NCBI GenBank assembly: GCA_027485695.1
Contig: JAIXQO010000002.1
Location: 602,006 to 666,005, forward strand
Direction of reading: 5' to 3'
DNA from: Pseudomonadota bacterium
GTDB lineage: Bacteria; Bdellovibrionota; UBA1018
Length of the DNA: 64,000 nt
The notes beneath the pieces were generated by a model, which saw nothing but the letters and a program-made list of their open reading frames with translations, was not told the DNA's origin and ran no database searches. Shown here piece by piece: positions 19,470 to 28,926 of this stretch; the first letter of the stretch is position 1; each line of letters opens with the position of its first letter. The translations under genes were made by a program, and so were the position numbers.

Positions 19470-20555
19470 TTAGGCTCTTTTCAAACGGCCTTTTAGAAAT
19501 CGCCCTTGAAGAATCGCTACCAAAACGACCGCCCCTAGAAACGCGCCCAAACACGCTGGACCCGAAACCTGATGGATGATTCCCATACGGCTCAAGAACT
19601 CAGTCGACGCGTATATTCCTATCGATAATACTGAGCAGACTCCGCCCAGCCATTCTTGGCCGAATCCAAAACAGAATTCAGTGATCACCATCACCAGCGC
19701 AAAAGGAAAAACCCACCCGGCCAGGAGGGGCACTGAGATCCAACTGATCAAAGGCGTAACCGGGTTCACTCTCCCCTCCATCCACTCAAACGGCAGGCAT
19801 GTCAGCCAGGAGTAGAGACTCACCCGACCGTGCTCTCGCCATCCTCGCTCACCTCGTTCGTGCGCCAACTCTGATCCGCACCAGGCTCCGAGGAGTGCCG
19901 CCGCATAGTGGGCACCCCCAGATAGATTTCCGCGTCCGATCCAAATAAACTCTACCGCGAGAAAAAACAGGATCACGGCGATGCGGGAAAACTCGCCGCC
20001 ACTTCGACGGGCAAAACCTCGAAACAACATCAAAACCATCGGGCGAAAAAATCCCGGTTTCATTCCCACCAACATGGCCGCAAATAAGACGAGCGATGCG
20101 AATCCCAGCTCTCGGAAAAGTCGAGCCATCCACTCCGAACATCCAGAAGCTTGTGCAAGCAGCTTTAACAATCGGTCCCAGACGCCACGTACGCCCCACC
20201 AATGAATACCGGTGGAATGGGTCAAGTGAACCCACCCTCCCCAGCGTATCCAGGTAGAAGTCACATCTCCCGCGCGTTTCGAATTAAACAGCAACTCCTC
20301 CATCCATGAAGTCGGATCCACGCCCATCGAGCGCCATTTTTCTGTCCACTCCAAGCGGAACCACTCGATCTCACTGCGCGGGAAGGCTAGCCGCTCATCG
20401 ATCAACGCCATCCACTCTTCCCGGCGATAGCAAACCGGCTCACTCCATCCAACCGTCACTCTGGCAAAACAGTCTGGGAGTGTGAGAAAATCAGAGACAA
20501 CCCAGAACGACTGAAACGAATCCCAAAAAGTCATAAAGGATTCGCTTTCAATCAT
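19470..20555 (-). CDS. ComEC/Rec2-like membrane protein (competence domain only, no beta-lactamase domain)
   Basis: 361 aa, multiple TM helices in C-terminal two-thirds. WVHLTHSTGIHWWGV resembles the ComEC LAISGLH motif. Assignment tentative. Confidence 0.4.
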   Translation of the reverse strand: MIESESFMTFWDSFQSFWVVSDFLTLPDCFARVTVGWSEPVCYRREEWMALIDERLAFPRSEIEWFRLEWTEKWRSMGVDPTSWMEELLFNSKRAGDVTSTWIRWGGWVHLTHSTGIHWWGVRGVWDRLLKLLAQASGCSEWMARLFRELGFASLVLFAAMLVGMKPGFFRPMVLMLFRGFARRSGGEFSRIAVILFFLAVEFIWIGRGNLSGGAHYAAALLGAWCGSELAHERGERGWREHGRVSLYSWLTCLPFEWMEGRVNPVTPLISWISVPLLAGWVFPFALVMVITEFCFGFGQEWLGGVCSVLSIGIYASTEFLSRMGIIHQVSGPACLGAFLGAVVLVAILQGRFLKGRLKRA

Positions 20556-20598
20556 CAGGCCCTGCGGCTGAGGCAGCCGCTGACGAGGAGAAATTCGA

Positions 20599-21021
20599 TT
20601 GCGCGAGTGGCTGGTTCAGAACTTCTATTTGGTTTACGCCGGTGTTCCCATCTTTCTTGGGTTCCTTTTACTCAAGAAGTTCACCGACTCCGCGTCGAAC
20701 AGCAATTTCCGCAGAGATCCGCATGGGCGCTCGGAAACACATCAACCGTTTCGTGAACTCGACGCTCAACTCAAGGCACGTGAGCAAGAGCGCGCACGAG
20801 GTCCCGCCCTTCTGACCGGATTCCGTACCGATGCGCCTCCACACGAAATCCTCGGCGTGAACCCAAACGCATCCGCTACCGAGATTCAACGCGCCTACAA
20901 AACTATGATGAAACGGTACCACCCGGATCTCATGGGCCCCCCCGGCAGCCAACCGTGGAAAGACGCGCAGGCGATCGCCGAGGCCATCAACCGCGCACGC
21001 GACGTCCTCCTCAAAAAATAG
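20599..21021 (+). CDS. J-domain (DnaJ-like) membrane-anchored protein
   Basis: N-terminal TM (FYLVYAGVPIFLGFLLL). C-terminal J domain ILGVNPNASATEIQRAYKTMMKRYHPDL. Confidence 0.7.
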   Translation: MREWLVQNFYLVYAGVPIFLGFLLLKKFTDSASNSNFRRDPHGRSETHQPFRELDAQLKAREQERARGPALLTGFRTDAPPHEILGVNPNASATEIQRAYKTMMKRYHPDLMGPPGSQPWKDAQAIAEAINRARDVLLKK

Positions 21022-21193
21022 GCAGGATTGCCTATTTTCACGCGGTACGCGCCCAAAGGGCGGAGGTCCAGGATGGACCGAGGTAAAAAATTACGCTCAT
21101 CCGAAAAACCGCTCACCCCAAAGAAAACGCGACGCCCTAAAGGGCTGAATCGCGAGTATTTCTGGCATTTTTTTCGCTATCACTGGTCCGACT

Positions 21194-22666
21194 ATGCCAA
21201 TCACCATTCAAAGCATCGGTCGCGCCACCCGAAAAAACGAACGCATCTCCATCGAATCCGGATCGATCCTGGGTCTACCATCGATTTTTGTCAGCGGCGC
21301 GGAAACCCGTCATGCCGTGCACCTGAGGGAACTCTTCATCAGTGCATTTCGCGCACAGAGCCTCAAGCTTCCGCGTAAGAAACTCCAATTTATCCTCCAT
21401 CCTGAACCTTCCGACTTTGATCTCGCGAATTGGGCGGTCCCGCTTGCGCTTCAAATTCTCATCGATCAAAGGGAAACAAAAACTCCCGTGAACTGCTGGT
21501 CGATCGGCGGTCTCTCCCTTCAAGGAGAACTCCTCTCTTGCTCGCATACTCCGCAATTGATCGCGCAATCCCTCCGCGAGCCGGGGCGAGCGTTAGTATT
21601 GCCGAGAGCCGATGAAACCATCGCAAGAATGACATTCAGAGCACTCAAACCCACGCAAACCCCGCTCCTCTATTTCGCATCAAACCTGAGAGATCTACAG
21701 GCGTGGGCATACGGAAATCTGAGCCCCGTAGAGTGGGATCAGTGGATTCAGCTCGGCGACCAGAGCACTGAAATACTGAGCCTACCGAACGTCACGCTTC
21801 ACCGAACGCTCGCTCAGTCACTGAGGCTCTCACTTGGAGCACATCTCTCACTGTTCTTGTTCGGTGCTCGCGGCCAAGGCAAATCATTTCCGCTCGAATG
21901 GATCGAGGCGCTGCTTGAAAAACCGCGTCCGGAGGTCCGAGCCGAACTTCTCATTCGAGGGCTCTCCGATCAAACGCCGCTTGTTCGCATCCCCACTCAA
22001 GCGCGTCCTCAGGACTTGATCGGAAAAAATGCCGATGGACTACTCCATCAAGCGCACCGAGGCGTACTCGTCGCTGACGAGTGGGCGGAATGGTCCAAGT
22101 CCGCGCTGGAAACACTTCGTGAACCGCTGGAGCGCGGTAAGATTTCGAGTTCACACTCGCAGGGCTCGTTCGAGGAACCGGCCAGGTTCTTGTTCATCGC
22201 GACCTCTAACGAGTGTCGATGTGGTGGTGTTCGCCGCGAACGGACCCGCTCCGGCGAATCCGGTTGTGTCTGCGGATCGGTCGAAGTGCTGCGCTATCAA
22301 AAGCGAATCCCAAGCCCCATCTTGGATCGCATCCCCCTCCTCATCCCGTTTCGAGACGACGGGAAACGAGAGACCTCGCTCTCCAGTCTCCGCGACCAAA
22401 TCGAATCCGACCGTTCGCACGCGCTTTGTCACTGGGGTCAGGCGCCCGGTAAAATGAATGCACTTGAACTCGAGGAACGTTGGGAACCCAAGTTCCGGTC
22501 CGAACTCCGAAAGAATGCCTGGCCGAGCCTGAGGCGGAAACATCAAGCGATTCGAATCGCCTTTGCCCTAGCAGCGCAGGATCAATGTCCGCAACCCACC
22601 GACCACCATTTCGAAAAAGCGGTCCAGCTGCAGGAGCTACGGTCTGAGTGGATTGGAGGGGCGTAG
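21194..22666 (+). CDS. comM: YifB/ComM family Mg-chelatase-like AAA+ ATPase
   Basis: N-terminal Lon-like segment (SILGLPSIFVSGAETRHAVHLRELF). P-loop GARGQGKS (GxxxxGKS intact). Walker B VLVADEW. Cys cluster CRCGGVRRERTRSGESGCVCGS. Divergent member. Confidence 0.65.
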   Translation: MPITIQSIGRATRKNERISIESGSILGLPSIFVSGAETRHAVHLRELFISAFRAQSLKLPRKKLQFILHPEPSDFDLANWAVPLALQILIDQRETKTPVNCWSIGGLSLQGELLSCSHTPQLIAQSLREPGRALVLPRADETIARMTFRALKPTQTPLLYFASNLRDLQAWAYGNLSPVEWDQWIQLGDQSTEILSLPNVTLHRTLAQSLRLSLGAHLSLFLFGARGQGKSFPLEWIEALLEKPRPEVRAELLIRGLSDQTPLVRIPTQARPQDLIGKNADGLLHQAHRGVLVADEWAEWSKSALETLREPLERGKISSSHSQGSFEEPARFLFIATSNECRCGGVRRERTRSGESGCVCGSVEVLRYQKRIPSPILDRIPLLIPFRDDGKRETSLSSLRDQIESDRSHALCHWGQAPGKMNALELEERWEPKFRSELRKNAWPSLRRKHQAIRIAFALAAQDQCPQPTDHHFEKAVQLQELRSEWIGGA

Positions 22667-22723
22667 GAAACAAAAATATCGCCTGACCCGCTCCGCCCAT
22701 CGTGATAAAAACAGACCACAACT

Positions 22724-23602
22724 ATGGTCAGAGTTTTCGATCGAAGCCGAAATGAATGGTTCTCGGAAAAAGTCTTGGGCGGCAAGCTCATCGCGGCAGC
22801 GTATGAAAACCCGCTTTTTGCCTACGTCCGAGAAAAAATCCTGACCCGCGCTACCATCAGCCGGCTTTATGGCAAGTGGATGGACTTGGGCTTAAGTGCT
22901 CGCTCTATCCCGGGTTTCATCCGCGATTTTTCCATACCGATGCGAGAATTCGAGAACATCGACTACCCGACCTTTAACGACTTTTTTATCCGGAAATTCG
23001 TTCCGGGTGCGCGCTCGTTTCCAGACGGCTCGAACAAAATGGGTGCGTTCGCCGAAGGACGCTACTTCGTGTTTGATTCGATCAGCGGCGAGTTCGACCT
23101 TCCGATCAAAGGCGCCACGATCCGCCTCAAAGATCTCCTGGCTGATGACGAAGAGGCCAAGCGGTTCGAGGGCGGGACACTTTTTCTCGCTCGCCTCTGC
23201 CCAGTCGATTACCACCGTTTTCATTTCCCAGACAACGGCAAGACCCTCAAGGAATGGACCTGCTCCGGACCGCTCGAGTCCGTGCACCCGATTGCCATTT
23301 CCAAAAAAGGCGATTTGTTGTTCACGAATGAACGCAGCGTCTCGATCTTGGAGACACAGAATTTCGGCCGCCTTGCCTACATCGAAGTCGGTGCTCTGTT
23401 TGTCGGCCGCATTCAACAAACTCACTCTAAATCGGAGCCGTTCAAACGCGGCAGCGAAAAAGGCTATTTTCAGTTCGGCGGATCGACGGTCATCCTGATC
23501 GCCGAAAAAGGAAAACTCCACGCCTCGGCCGATCTCCTCACGCGCACGCGAGAAGGTTTTGAATCGCTCGTTCGCCTGGGCGAAGAAATCGGCACCAGCT
23601 GA
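22724..23602 (+). CDS. psd: phosphatidylserine decarboxylase proenzyme
   Basis: LARLCPVDYHRFHFP and C-terminal FGGST cleavage-site motif (LGST-like). Confidence 0.85.
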   Translation: MVRVFDRSRNEWFSEKVLGGKLIAAAYENPLFAYVREKILTRATISRLYGKWMDLGLSARSIPGFIRDFSIPMREFENIDYPTFNDFFIRKFVPGARSFPDGSNKMGAFAEGRYFVFDSISGEFDLPIKGATIRLKDLLADDEEAKRFEGGTLFLARLCPVDYHRFHFPDNGKTLKEWTCSGPLESVHPIAISKKGDLLFTNERSVSILETQNFGRLAYIEVGALFVGRIQQTHSKSEPFKRGSEKGYFQFGGSTVILIAEKGKLHASADLLTRTREGFESLVRLGEEIGTS

Positions 23603-23864
23603 TCGCGCCTTTTTAGGTGTCACTTCGACCTCTCTGGACAATTCGACTCCTCGGGTCTCTCAATCATTACACTTCGTGTCGATAAGAGAGCCGCTTTATA
23701 TGCGGCTTCGCAGTCCTTTTGCGCTTGACGCGTGGCAAGAAAATTCTTGGCATATTTCGAGCTTATCTCCCAAACCATCGAGGGCGCCTCGTCCCCGTTT
23801 TTTACACCCAGGCGCTTGAGACAGTTCGAGACCAACGGATTTTTCCACAATAGGAGATGAATCA

Positions 23865-24548
23865 ATGTCGAGAAGAAATCACCGAATGATCTGGGGAGCG
23901 TTAGCGGGACTCATGTTAATCATCGGAGGTATAACCACCGAAGTCGAAGCCGCGCCCTATATGACGCGAGCTCGATGTTTCGCGGCCGGAAGCGCCGGCA
24001 ACATGGGGCGAACCATGGGAGCTAGAAACGCCGCTCGCATTGTGAATGCGGTGTGGGCCAGGCTCGGAAACGTGTGTACCCAAGTCGACCGTCTCGCACA
24101 GATCATCAGCGAGACCCCACTCGCCCGTCCGGCTACGGGAGGCGAATTCGCGGCCTGTTTCTATCTCGGTTACACAGAGCAAATTTATGACAGCGTCGAC
24201 GCGATCTACGACCGTTGCGGAACGGCTTGCTTCAGCGCCGGTACGGCGATCGGAAAAATCTCGGCGCAAGGTTACTGCGCGGCAAGCCTCGCCGTCGGTG
24301 GCCTTCTTGACCCAGGATTCATTTCACAGCCTCCGCTTCCTTTCTGCGGCAGCTCTCTGGTGATGGGTTGCAAAGCCGAGTACGTGTACACGGCAACGGT
24401 CGGATTCCCTGGATGTGCGGCCTACACCGAAGGCTGGTTTTCCGAGACGTTTGACAACACTGTTCGCCAAGACTGCTACGTCCCATCCGATGTACCGATC
24501 CGCGACGGTTTCCTCCGACTCGGCGACCAAGTGTATTCGGTGCTCTAA
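23865..24548 (+). CDS. secreted Cys-rich hypothetical protein (paralogous to next ORF)
   Basis: Signal peptide. 10 Cys. Block YLGYTEQIYDSVDAIYDRCGTACFSAGTAIGKISAQGYC aligns with FFKGYLDSLRKAIEGSRNGCGRKAFTSGSYAGSFYGSLLC of the next ORF. Confidence 0.5.
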   Translation: MSRRNHRMIWGALAGLMLIIGGITTEVEAAPYMTRARCFAAGSAGNMGRTMGARNAARIVNAVWARLGNVCTQVDRLAQIISETPLARPATGGEFAACFYLGYTEQIYDSVDAIYDRCGTACFSAGTAIGKISAQGYCAASLAVGGLLDPGFISQPPLPFCGSSLVMGCKAEYVYTATVGFPGCAAYTEGWFSETFDNTVRQDCYVPSDVPIRDGFLRLGDQVYSVL

Positions 24549-24563
24549 CCCACCTCAGGAAAA

Positions 24564-25289
24564 ATGGAGAACCCCCCTATGAAAAGCACGAAGACCTGCC
24601 ACCGAATTGCTGTCATCCTGCTCGGAACCTTGGCGATGACCAGCGCGAACGCCATGGGAAAGAAAGCCCCCACTCCTGACCCCGAAGTCCCCGCACCCCC
24701 CGTCGTCGTCGTGCCACCGCCTGTGGTAACGCCGCCAGCGCCTCCAGTCGTCGTAACTCCCCCATCGCAAAGCGGCTCCGTGCGCTATCGCGAAGGTTAC
24801 GAAATGGGCGAGCGCAACGGGATCCTCATTTCCCAGCGAATCTACGATCGTACGATTGCGGTCGGAGGTTGCGCAGATCTCGATGCCTACCAGGACGCAC
24901 TTCTCCGCGTGAATCGCGCGGTGAAACCACCGGCCTTGGGCGCGGGATCTGAGACTGAACTTGTTCGCGGATTTTTCAAAGGCTACCTCGACTCGCTTCG
25001 CAAGGCGATCGAGGGCTCTAGAAACGGATGCGGACGCAAAGCGTTCACCAGCGGCTCTTATGCAGGATCTTTCTACGGATCGCTCCTTTGTCAGATGACC
25101 GCTCAAACCGAAGACGTCGTTTCTCAACTCGAGGTGGTTCACCTCTATGACGACTGGACTGGAGGGGTCGTTGATCATTCTCGTGAATGCGTCACTCAAG
25201 CTGTGAATGAAATGTCCGCCTGCGGTTTTACCGCCGCTACCTTGCCGGGAGCCTACCTCTCGAGCCTGGAATCGGGGTGCCACGACTAA
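24564..25289 (+). CDS. secreted Pro-rich/Cys-rich hypothetical protein (paralog)
   Basis: Signal peptide (probable start MKSTKTCHRIAVILLG), PPVVVVPPPVVTPPAPPVVVTPP linker, Cys-containing C-terminal domain. Confidence 0.5.
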   Translation: MENPPMKSTKTCHRIAVILLGTLAMTSANAMGKKAPTPDPEVPAPPVVVVPPPVVTPPAPPVVVTPPSQSGSVRYREGYEMGERNGILISQRIYDRTIAVGGCADLDAYQDALLRVNRAVKPPALGAGSETELVRGFFKGYLDSLRKAIEGSRNGCGRKAFTSGSYAGSFYGSLLCQMTAQTEDVVSQLEVVHLYDDWTGGVVDHSRECVTQAVNEMSACGFTAATLPGAYLSSLESGCHD

Positions 25290-25368
25290 AGGGGTGACGT
25301 ACTGAGACGATTTCTCATGACACGGAAAGCATTTCTCAAGACGACGCGGAACCGCTAATCTTTGAGAG

Positions 25369-25989
25369 ATGCTTTCCGCACTTCTGACCGCAGCTCTCGC
25401 TTTCCCTCTCACGCTTGAGATCGCGCTCTTTTTGACCGGTCTTCTTCACCTGATCCGGTCCATTCTCTCTTTCTTTGCCCAACCGGCGGGCGAAATTTCC
25501 TTAGCAGATCTCGGTCTCGCCGCCCTCGCAGCACTCCTCGGTGCGGGAATCCTGGCATTCTTAGTTCCCATGCCGCTCCTCACGCTCTATCCATTTGCGG
25601 GAAAAATATTTGCCATGAAGGCGCTCTCAGTCCTCGTGGGTTCTCTTTGGATCGTTCGGACATCGGTAGCCTTGAGTAGCGTAAGAGAACCGCAAAACGA
25701 GACTTTGAGAGCGTTTCTAACGGGCGCGGGCGCCGGGCTGCATTCGAAAACTCCACTTATTTCGGTCGTCGTTGATGGCGTAAGACTCGCCGTCTATTCC
25801 ACTTGGGCGCTGCAAGCGAATCCGATGGAAGTTCGCGGGACCGGGCTTGCGCTCATCGCAGTGGCCATCGGAGTGTCATTGGCCGGTGGAGTATTCAGTC
25901 ACCGTTACGCGACGAATTTGCGCAGAATCGAAGCACTCTGTTTGTTCGCAGTTTCAATCGCGATCGTGCTTGGATGGACGGATCGGTAG
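25369..25989 (+). CDS. polytopic membrane hypothetical protein
   Basis: 206 aa, about 5-6 predicted TM helices. No motif recognised. Confidence 0.45.
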   Translation: MLSALLTAALAFPLTLEIALFLTGLLHLIRSILSFFAQPAGEISLADLGLAALAALLGAGILAFLVPMPLLTLYPFAGKIFAMKALSVLVGSLWIVRTSVALSSVREPQNETLRAFLTGAGAGLHSKTPLISVVVDGVRLAVYSTWALQANPMEVRGTGLALIAVAIGVSLAGGVFSHRYATNLRRIEALCLFAVSIAIVLGWTDR

Positions 25990-25991
25990 AT

Positions 25992-26714
25992 CTATCCAAC
26001 CCGCGCCCAATCGATCGGCGTCTTGCCTTGGCTCGCTAAGAACTCATTCACGCGCGAAAACGGCTTAGAACCGAAAAATCCGCGATGCGCCGAGAGTGGC
26101 GACGGATGAGGCGACTCCACGCGGAAATGTTGAGGCCCAATGAGAGAACGCTTGGACTGAGCGGCCGCGCCCCAGAGAATAAACGCCATCGGCTCGGGTC
26201 GAGCGCCGAGTTTTTCGATCACGCGGTTTGTGAACGTTTCCCAACCTTGATCACGATGTGAGAACGCTTCGCCGGCTCTGACCGTGAGGACTGCATTCAA
26301 GAGAAACACCCCTTGGGAAACCCAGCCACCGAGCTCGGACGCCTCAGGCGCGGGCGTGGCGCCGATATCAGCACGAAGCTCTTTTAAAATATTCTGAAGG
26401 CTCGGAGGTTTCGGAAACAGCGTATTCGGAACCGCGAATGATCGACCGATCGCTTGATTGGCTCCGTGATATGGATCTTGACCGATGATGACGACCTTCA
26501 CGTCGTCGAAATCGATTTCTTGAAAGGCGCGAAAGATGTTTTCACGCGTCGGATATACTGCCGCGCCCCGCGCGTATTCCCGTCGCATGAACTCCATCAG
26601 GGATTTGAAATAGGGCTCGTCGACCTCGCCTTTGAGACGTTCTCGCCAACCCGGTTGCAAATGATCCGGAAACTTCTTGGAGTGAGTGTCAGTTCTGTTT
26701 TCGATCGATTCCAT
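25992..26714 (-). CDS. ung: uracil-DNA glycosylase
   Basis: VVIIGQDPYHGANQAIGRSFAV (water-activating loop GQDPYH) and HPSPLSA motif. Confidence 0.9.
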   Translation of the reverse strand: MESIENRTDTHSKKFPDHLQPGWRERLKGEVDEPYFKSLMEFMRREYARGAAVYPTRENIFRAFQEIDFDDVKVVIIGQDPYHGANQAIGRSFAVPNTLFPKPPSLQNILKELRADIGATPAPEASELGGWVSQGVFLLNAVLTVRAGEAFSHRDQGWETFTNRVIEKLGARPEPMAFILWGAAAQSKRSLIGPQHFRVESPHPSPLSAHRGFFGSKPFSRVNEFLASQGKTPIDWARVG

Positions 26715-26750
26715 GGTTCATCCCTTTTTTGAGAAGGGCCACGAAGACCC

Positions 26751-26789
26751 AAAATAAAAAAAACTCCGGTTCCCTTGCGAGAACCGGAG
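26751..26789 (-). terminator. rho-independent terminator downstream of ORF 26819..27289
   Basis: 9-bp perfect stem CTCCGGTTC / GAACCGGAG (26764-26772, 26781-26789), 8-nt loop, followed on minus strand by U-run (plus-strand aaaataaaaaaaa at 26751-26763). Confidence 0.6.
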
Positions 26790-26818
26790 CTTAACCGAAT
26801 CTTGAAATGATTCAAATC

Positions 26819-27289
26819 TTACTGAAGAAACTCAGGGCTGAACGTGCAATTCAACGAAAAGGTCGATGGAGCGCCGTCACACATATCGCGTTTGTAGACT
26901 GCGAAGCTTTTCGCGGTTTCCATCACGAGCGCGCGGTACACACCGTACTCAGGGAGGCGAACGACGCCTGGCACATCCAAGAAATCAGAATAACCGTAAA
27001 TGGATCCTTCGGATTGCATTGGGTCCACTGGAGTGAGAAGTTTTTCGAAATCCGCGCAAGGACGGCCTTCGGTGAACGTGATGAAACCCCTGTAGTCATA
27101 GGTCGTCAGAGTGCAACGGCCTTTGAGGTCGACGTCTTTGAAGTCAGCCGTACGGTAACTCGTGATTTCGATCGTACGAAGGTCGCTGTAAGGAGCTCCG
27201 GTACAAGTCAAAATACGAGCTGCCTCGCGTGCGTATGCGCCAGAAACTGCAACACTACCTACCAACAGAGCGAACACTGCCTTGATCAT
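26819..27289 (-). CDS. secreted hypothetical protein
   Basis: 156 aa with N-terminal signal peptide (MIKAVFALLVGSVAVSGAYA). Confidence 0.45.
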   Translation of the reverse strand: MIKAVFALLVGSVAVSGAYAREAARILTCTGAPYSDLRTIEITSYRTADFKDVDLKGRCTLTTYDYRGFITFTEGRPCADFEKLLTPVDPMQSEGSIYGYSDFLDVPGVVRLPEYGVYRALVMETAKSFAVYKRDMCDGAPSTFSLNCTFSPEFLQ

Positions 27290-27409
27290 GGGAAGTCCTT
27301 TCGATGTAAAACTTGGATCCGCTTCTACTCAGCGCGCAACCAAAGTGCCAGCGAAAAAAAACATCCCCATTAAATCCAAAAGAAACATCGATATGACGCA
27401 AACAGTCAT

Positions 27410-27425
27410 ATTCCAGTATCGCTGA
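27410..27425. repeat. perfect 16-bp palindrome TCGCTGAATTCAGCGA immediately downstream of the stop of ORF 27428..28048
   Basis: Read directly. Could be a weak terminator hairpin or protein site. No U-run follows. Confidence 0.4.
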
Positions 27426-27427
27426 AT

Positions 27428-28048
27428 TCAGCGAATCCAATCGTAATTGAAACTCACGCTGATCCGGTCCTGCGAGGAACGGTTCGGCGTTACCTCATGT
27501 TTCAAGAAACTTTCGAACAGGAGCAATTCACCTGGTTCAGGCTGGATATCAAGGTATCGGCGGTTGTCCCGTTTGGCGGACAACGTGCGTGGCGGCGTGT
27601 TCATAAACGACTGAATACGTGGATCCTCAATCTTAAACGCGCCCGATCCCGGGGGCGTTTGCAGGTAGAACGTGCCACTGATGACCGAGAGCGGATGCAG
27701 GTGGTAGGCGTGGTAGCAGTGCTTGCCCATGATGTTAATCCAGCAGGTCGCCATCTCGAGTTTGCCGTCTGGGAGTTCAATCTCGAGCGCACGAACATAT
27801 TTTTTTACCTCACCATCGATCCATTTTTTCAGGCGCGCAAATTCACTCGAACGAAAAGGTAAATCTGTCACGCTCGAGTACGAAGTGTAACCACCCTCAT
27901 AATTTTGCTTCGACCATTTTTTTCCAGGCGAATCGATCTCTCGAAACGCATAGGACTCCCTTACCAATCTCTCTACGAGTTGCTTGGCCATCGCGCGAGT
28001 CGGCTTGGAACGATAGATCGTCGTTGGAAAAAGTTTTTCAAGTGCCAT
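27428..28048 (-). CDS. TIGR02466-like putative 2OG-Fe(II) oxygenase superfamily protein
   Basis: Start trimmed to MALEKLFPTTIY (ATG complement 28046-28048, preceded by AAGGA RBS). Conserved histidines (YHAYHLHP, FLKHEV) in a family I recall as TIGR02466/2OG-FeII_Oxy_5. Confidence 0.5.
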   Translation of the reverse strand: MALEKLFPTTIYRSKPTRAMAKQLVERLVRESYAFREIDSPGKKWSKQNYEGGYTSYSSVTDLPFRSSEFARLKKWIDGEVKKYVRALEIELPDGKLEMATCWINIMGKHCYHAYHLHPLSVISGTFYLQTPPGSGAFKIEDPRIQSFMNTPPRTLSAKRDNRRYLDIQPEPGELLLFESFLKHEVTPNRSSQDRISVSFNYDWIR

Positions 28049-28059
28049 GAGAGAATCCT

Positions 28060-28926
28060 TTAGTTTGCCTTCTGCCGAGAAAGTAAGAAAATAGCGCCGA
28101 CCACCAAACAAGCTCCCACCACCATCGCAACCGAGATGGTCTCACCGAGAAACACCGCTCCCCAGATCATCCCGAAAACCGGCATGAGAAACGTCACCAT
28201 GAGCGCCTTGGCGGGACCGACCGATTTCACGAGCCCATAATAGAGCACGTACGCCAGTGCACTGCAGACGAGCGATAGCACAAGGAGTGGCACTAACCAA
28301 CTCGCGGAGATCTGCTCGGGAATCGAACCCGTGTAAAAGGCGATCGGCATAAGGAGAACCGCAGCCGAAAGCTGGCTCGCTGCGGAGAGTGCGAACGGTG
28401 CGAGTTTTCCTCCTCGTTTTTTCAGATAGGTACCGGAGCAGGCGTAGAAAAACGCAGCACAAAGACAAGCACCCACGCCTAACCATCCCTCGTGACTGAA
28501 ATGAGGGCTACCTTTCCAAGCAACCAGCATCACACCACCCCAGCCCACGAGTAGTCCCAACAATTTTATCCGCGTCCATTTCTCACCCAAGAACACCCAC
28601 GCGAGGAGAGCCCCAAACAGAGGCGCGCTGGAATTCAGGATCACCGAGATGGAGGCCGGAATGTGCAGAGAAGCATAGGCATAGAGACAAAACGGAATAC
28701 CCGTGCCGATAGCGCCGATGAAAAAATAGTCCCAACCATGTTCCCGAAAACGGAGCTTCTCACCTCGCATTGCTACATAGATCCAAAGCACAACACCACC
28801 CAACAAAACCCTGCAAAACGTCGTTGGGAATGGGCCGAGTACTGGAACGACCATTCTCATGAACAAGAACGAACTACTCCAGATCATCGCGAGCAAGAAT
28901 AGTTTCAGCAGATTTGGGGTACTCAT
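28060..28926 (-). CDS. EamA/DMT family transporter (10 TM)
   Basis: Two EamA-like halves, hydrophobic throughout. 4-nt overlap with upstream regulator gene. Confidence 0.8.
   Translation of the reverse strand: MSTPNLLKLFLLAMIWSSSFLFMRMVVPVLGPFPTTFCRVLLGGVVLWIYVAMRGEKLRFREHGWDYFFIGAIGTGIPFCLYAYASLHIPASISVILNSSAPLFGALLAWVFLGEKWTRIKLLGLLVGWGGVMLVAWKGSPHFSHEGWLGVGACLCAAFFYACSGTYLKKRGGKLAPFALSAASQLSAAVLLMPIAFYTGSIPEQISASWLVPLLVLSLVCSALAYVLYYGLVKSVGPAKALMVTFLMPVFGMIWGAVFLGETISVAMVVGACLVVGAIFLLSRQKAN

Noticed and set aside
21194-22666. Suspected degenerate Walker A in ComM (GARGQGKS) indicating a pseudo-ATPase
   Set aside because: On inspection the GxxxxGK[ST] consensus is intact and a Walker B DE is present (VLVADEW). 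It is divergent but not evidently inactive.
23720-23760. Possible sigma-54 promoter (TGGCA…TTGGCA) upstream of the Cys-rich secreted gene
   Set aside because: The spacing between the GG and GC elements is 14 nt rather than the canonical 10, so it does not fit the -24/-12 consensus.
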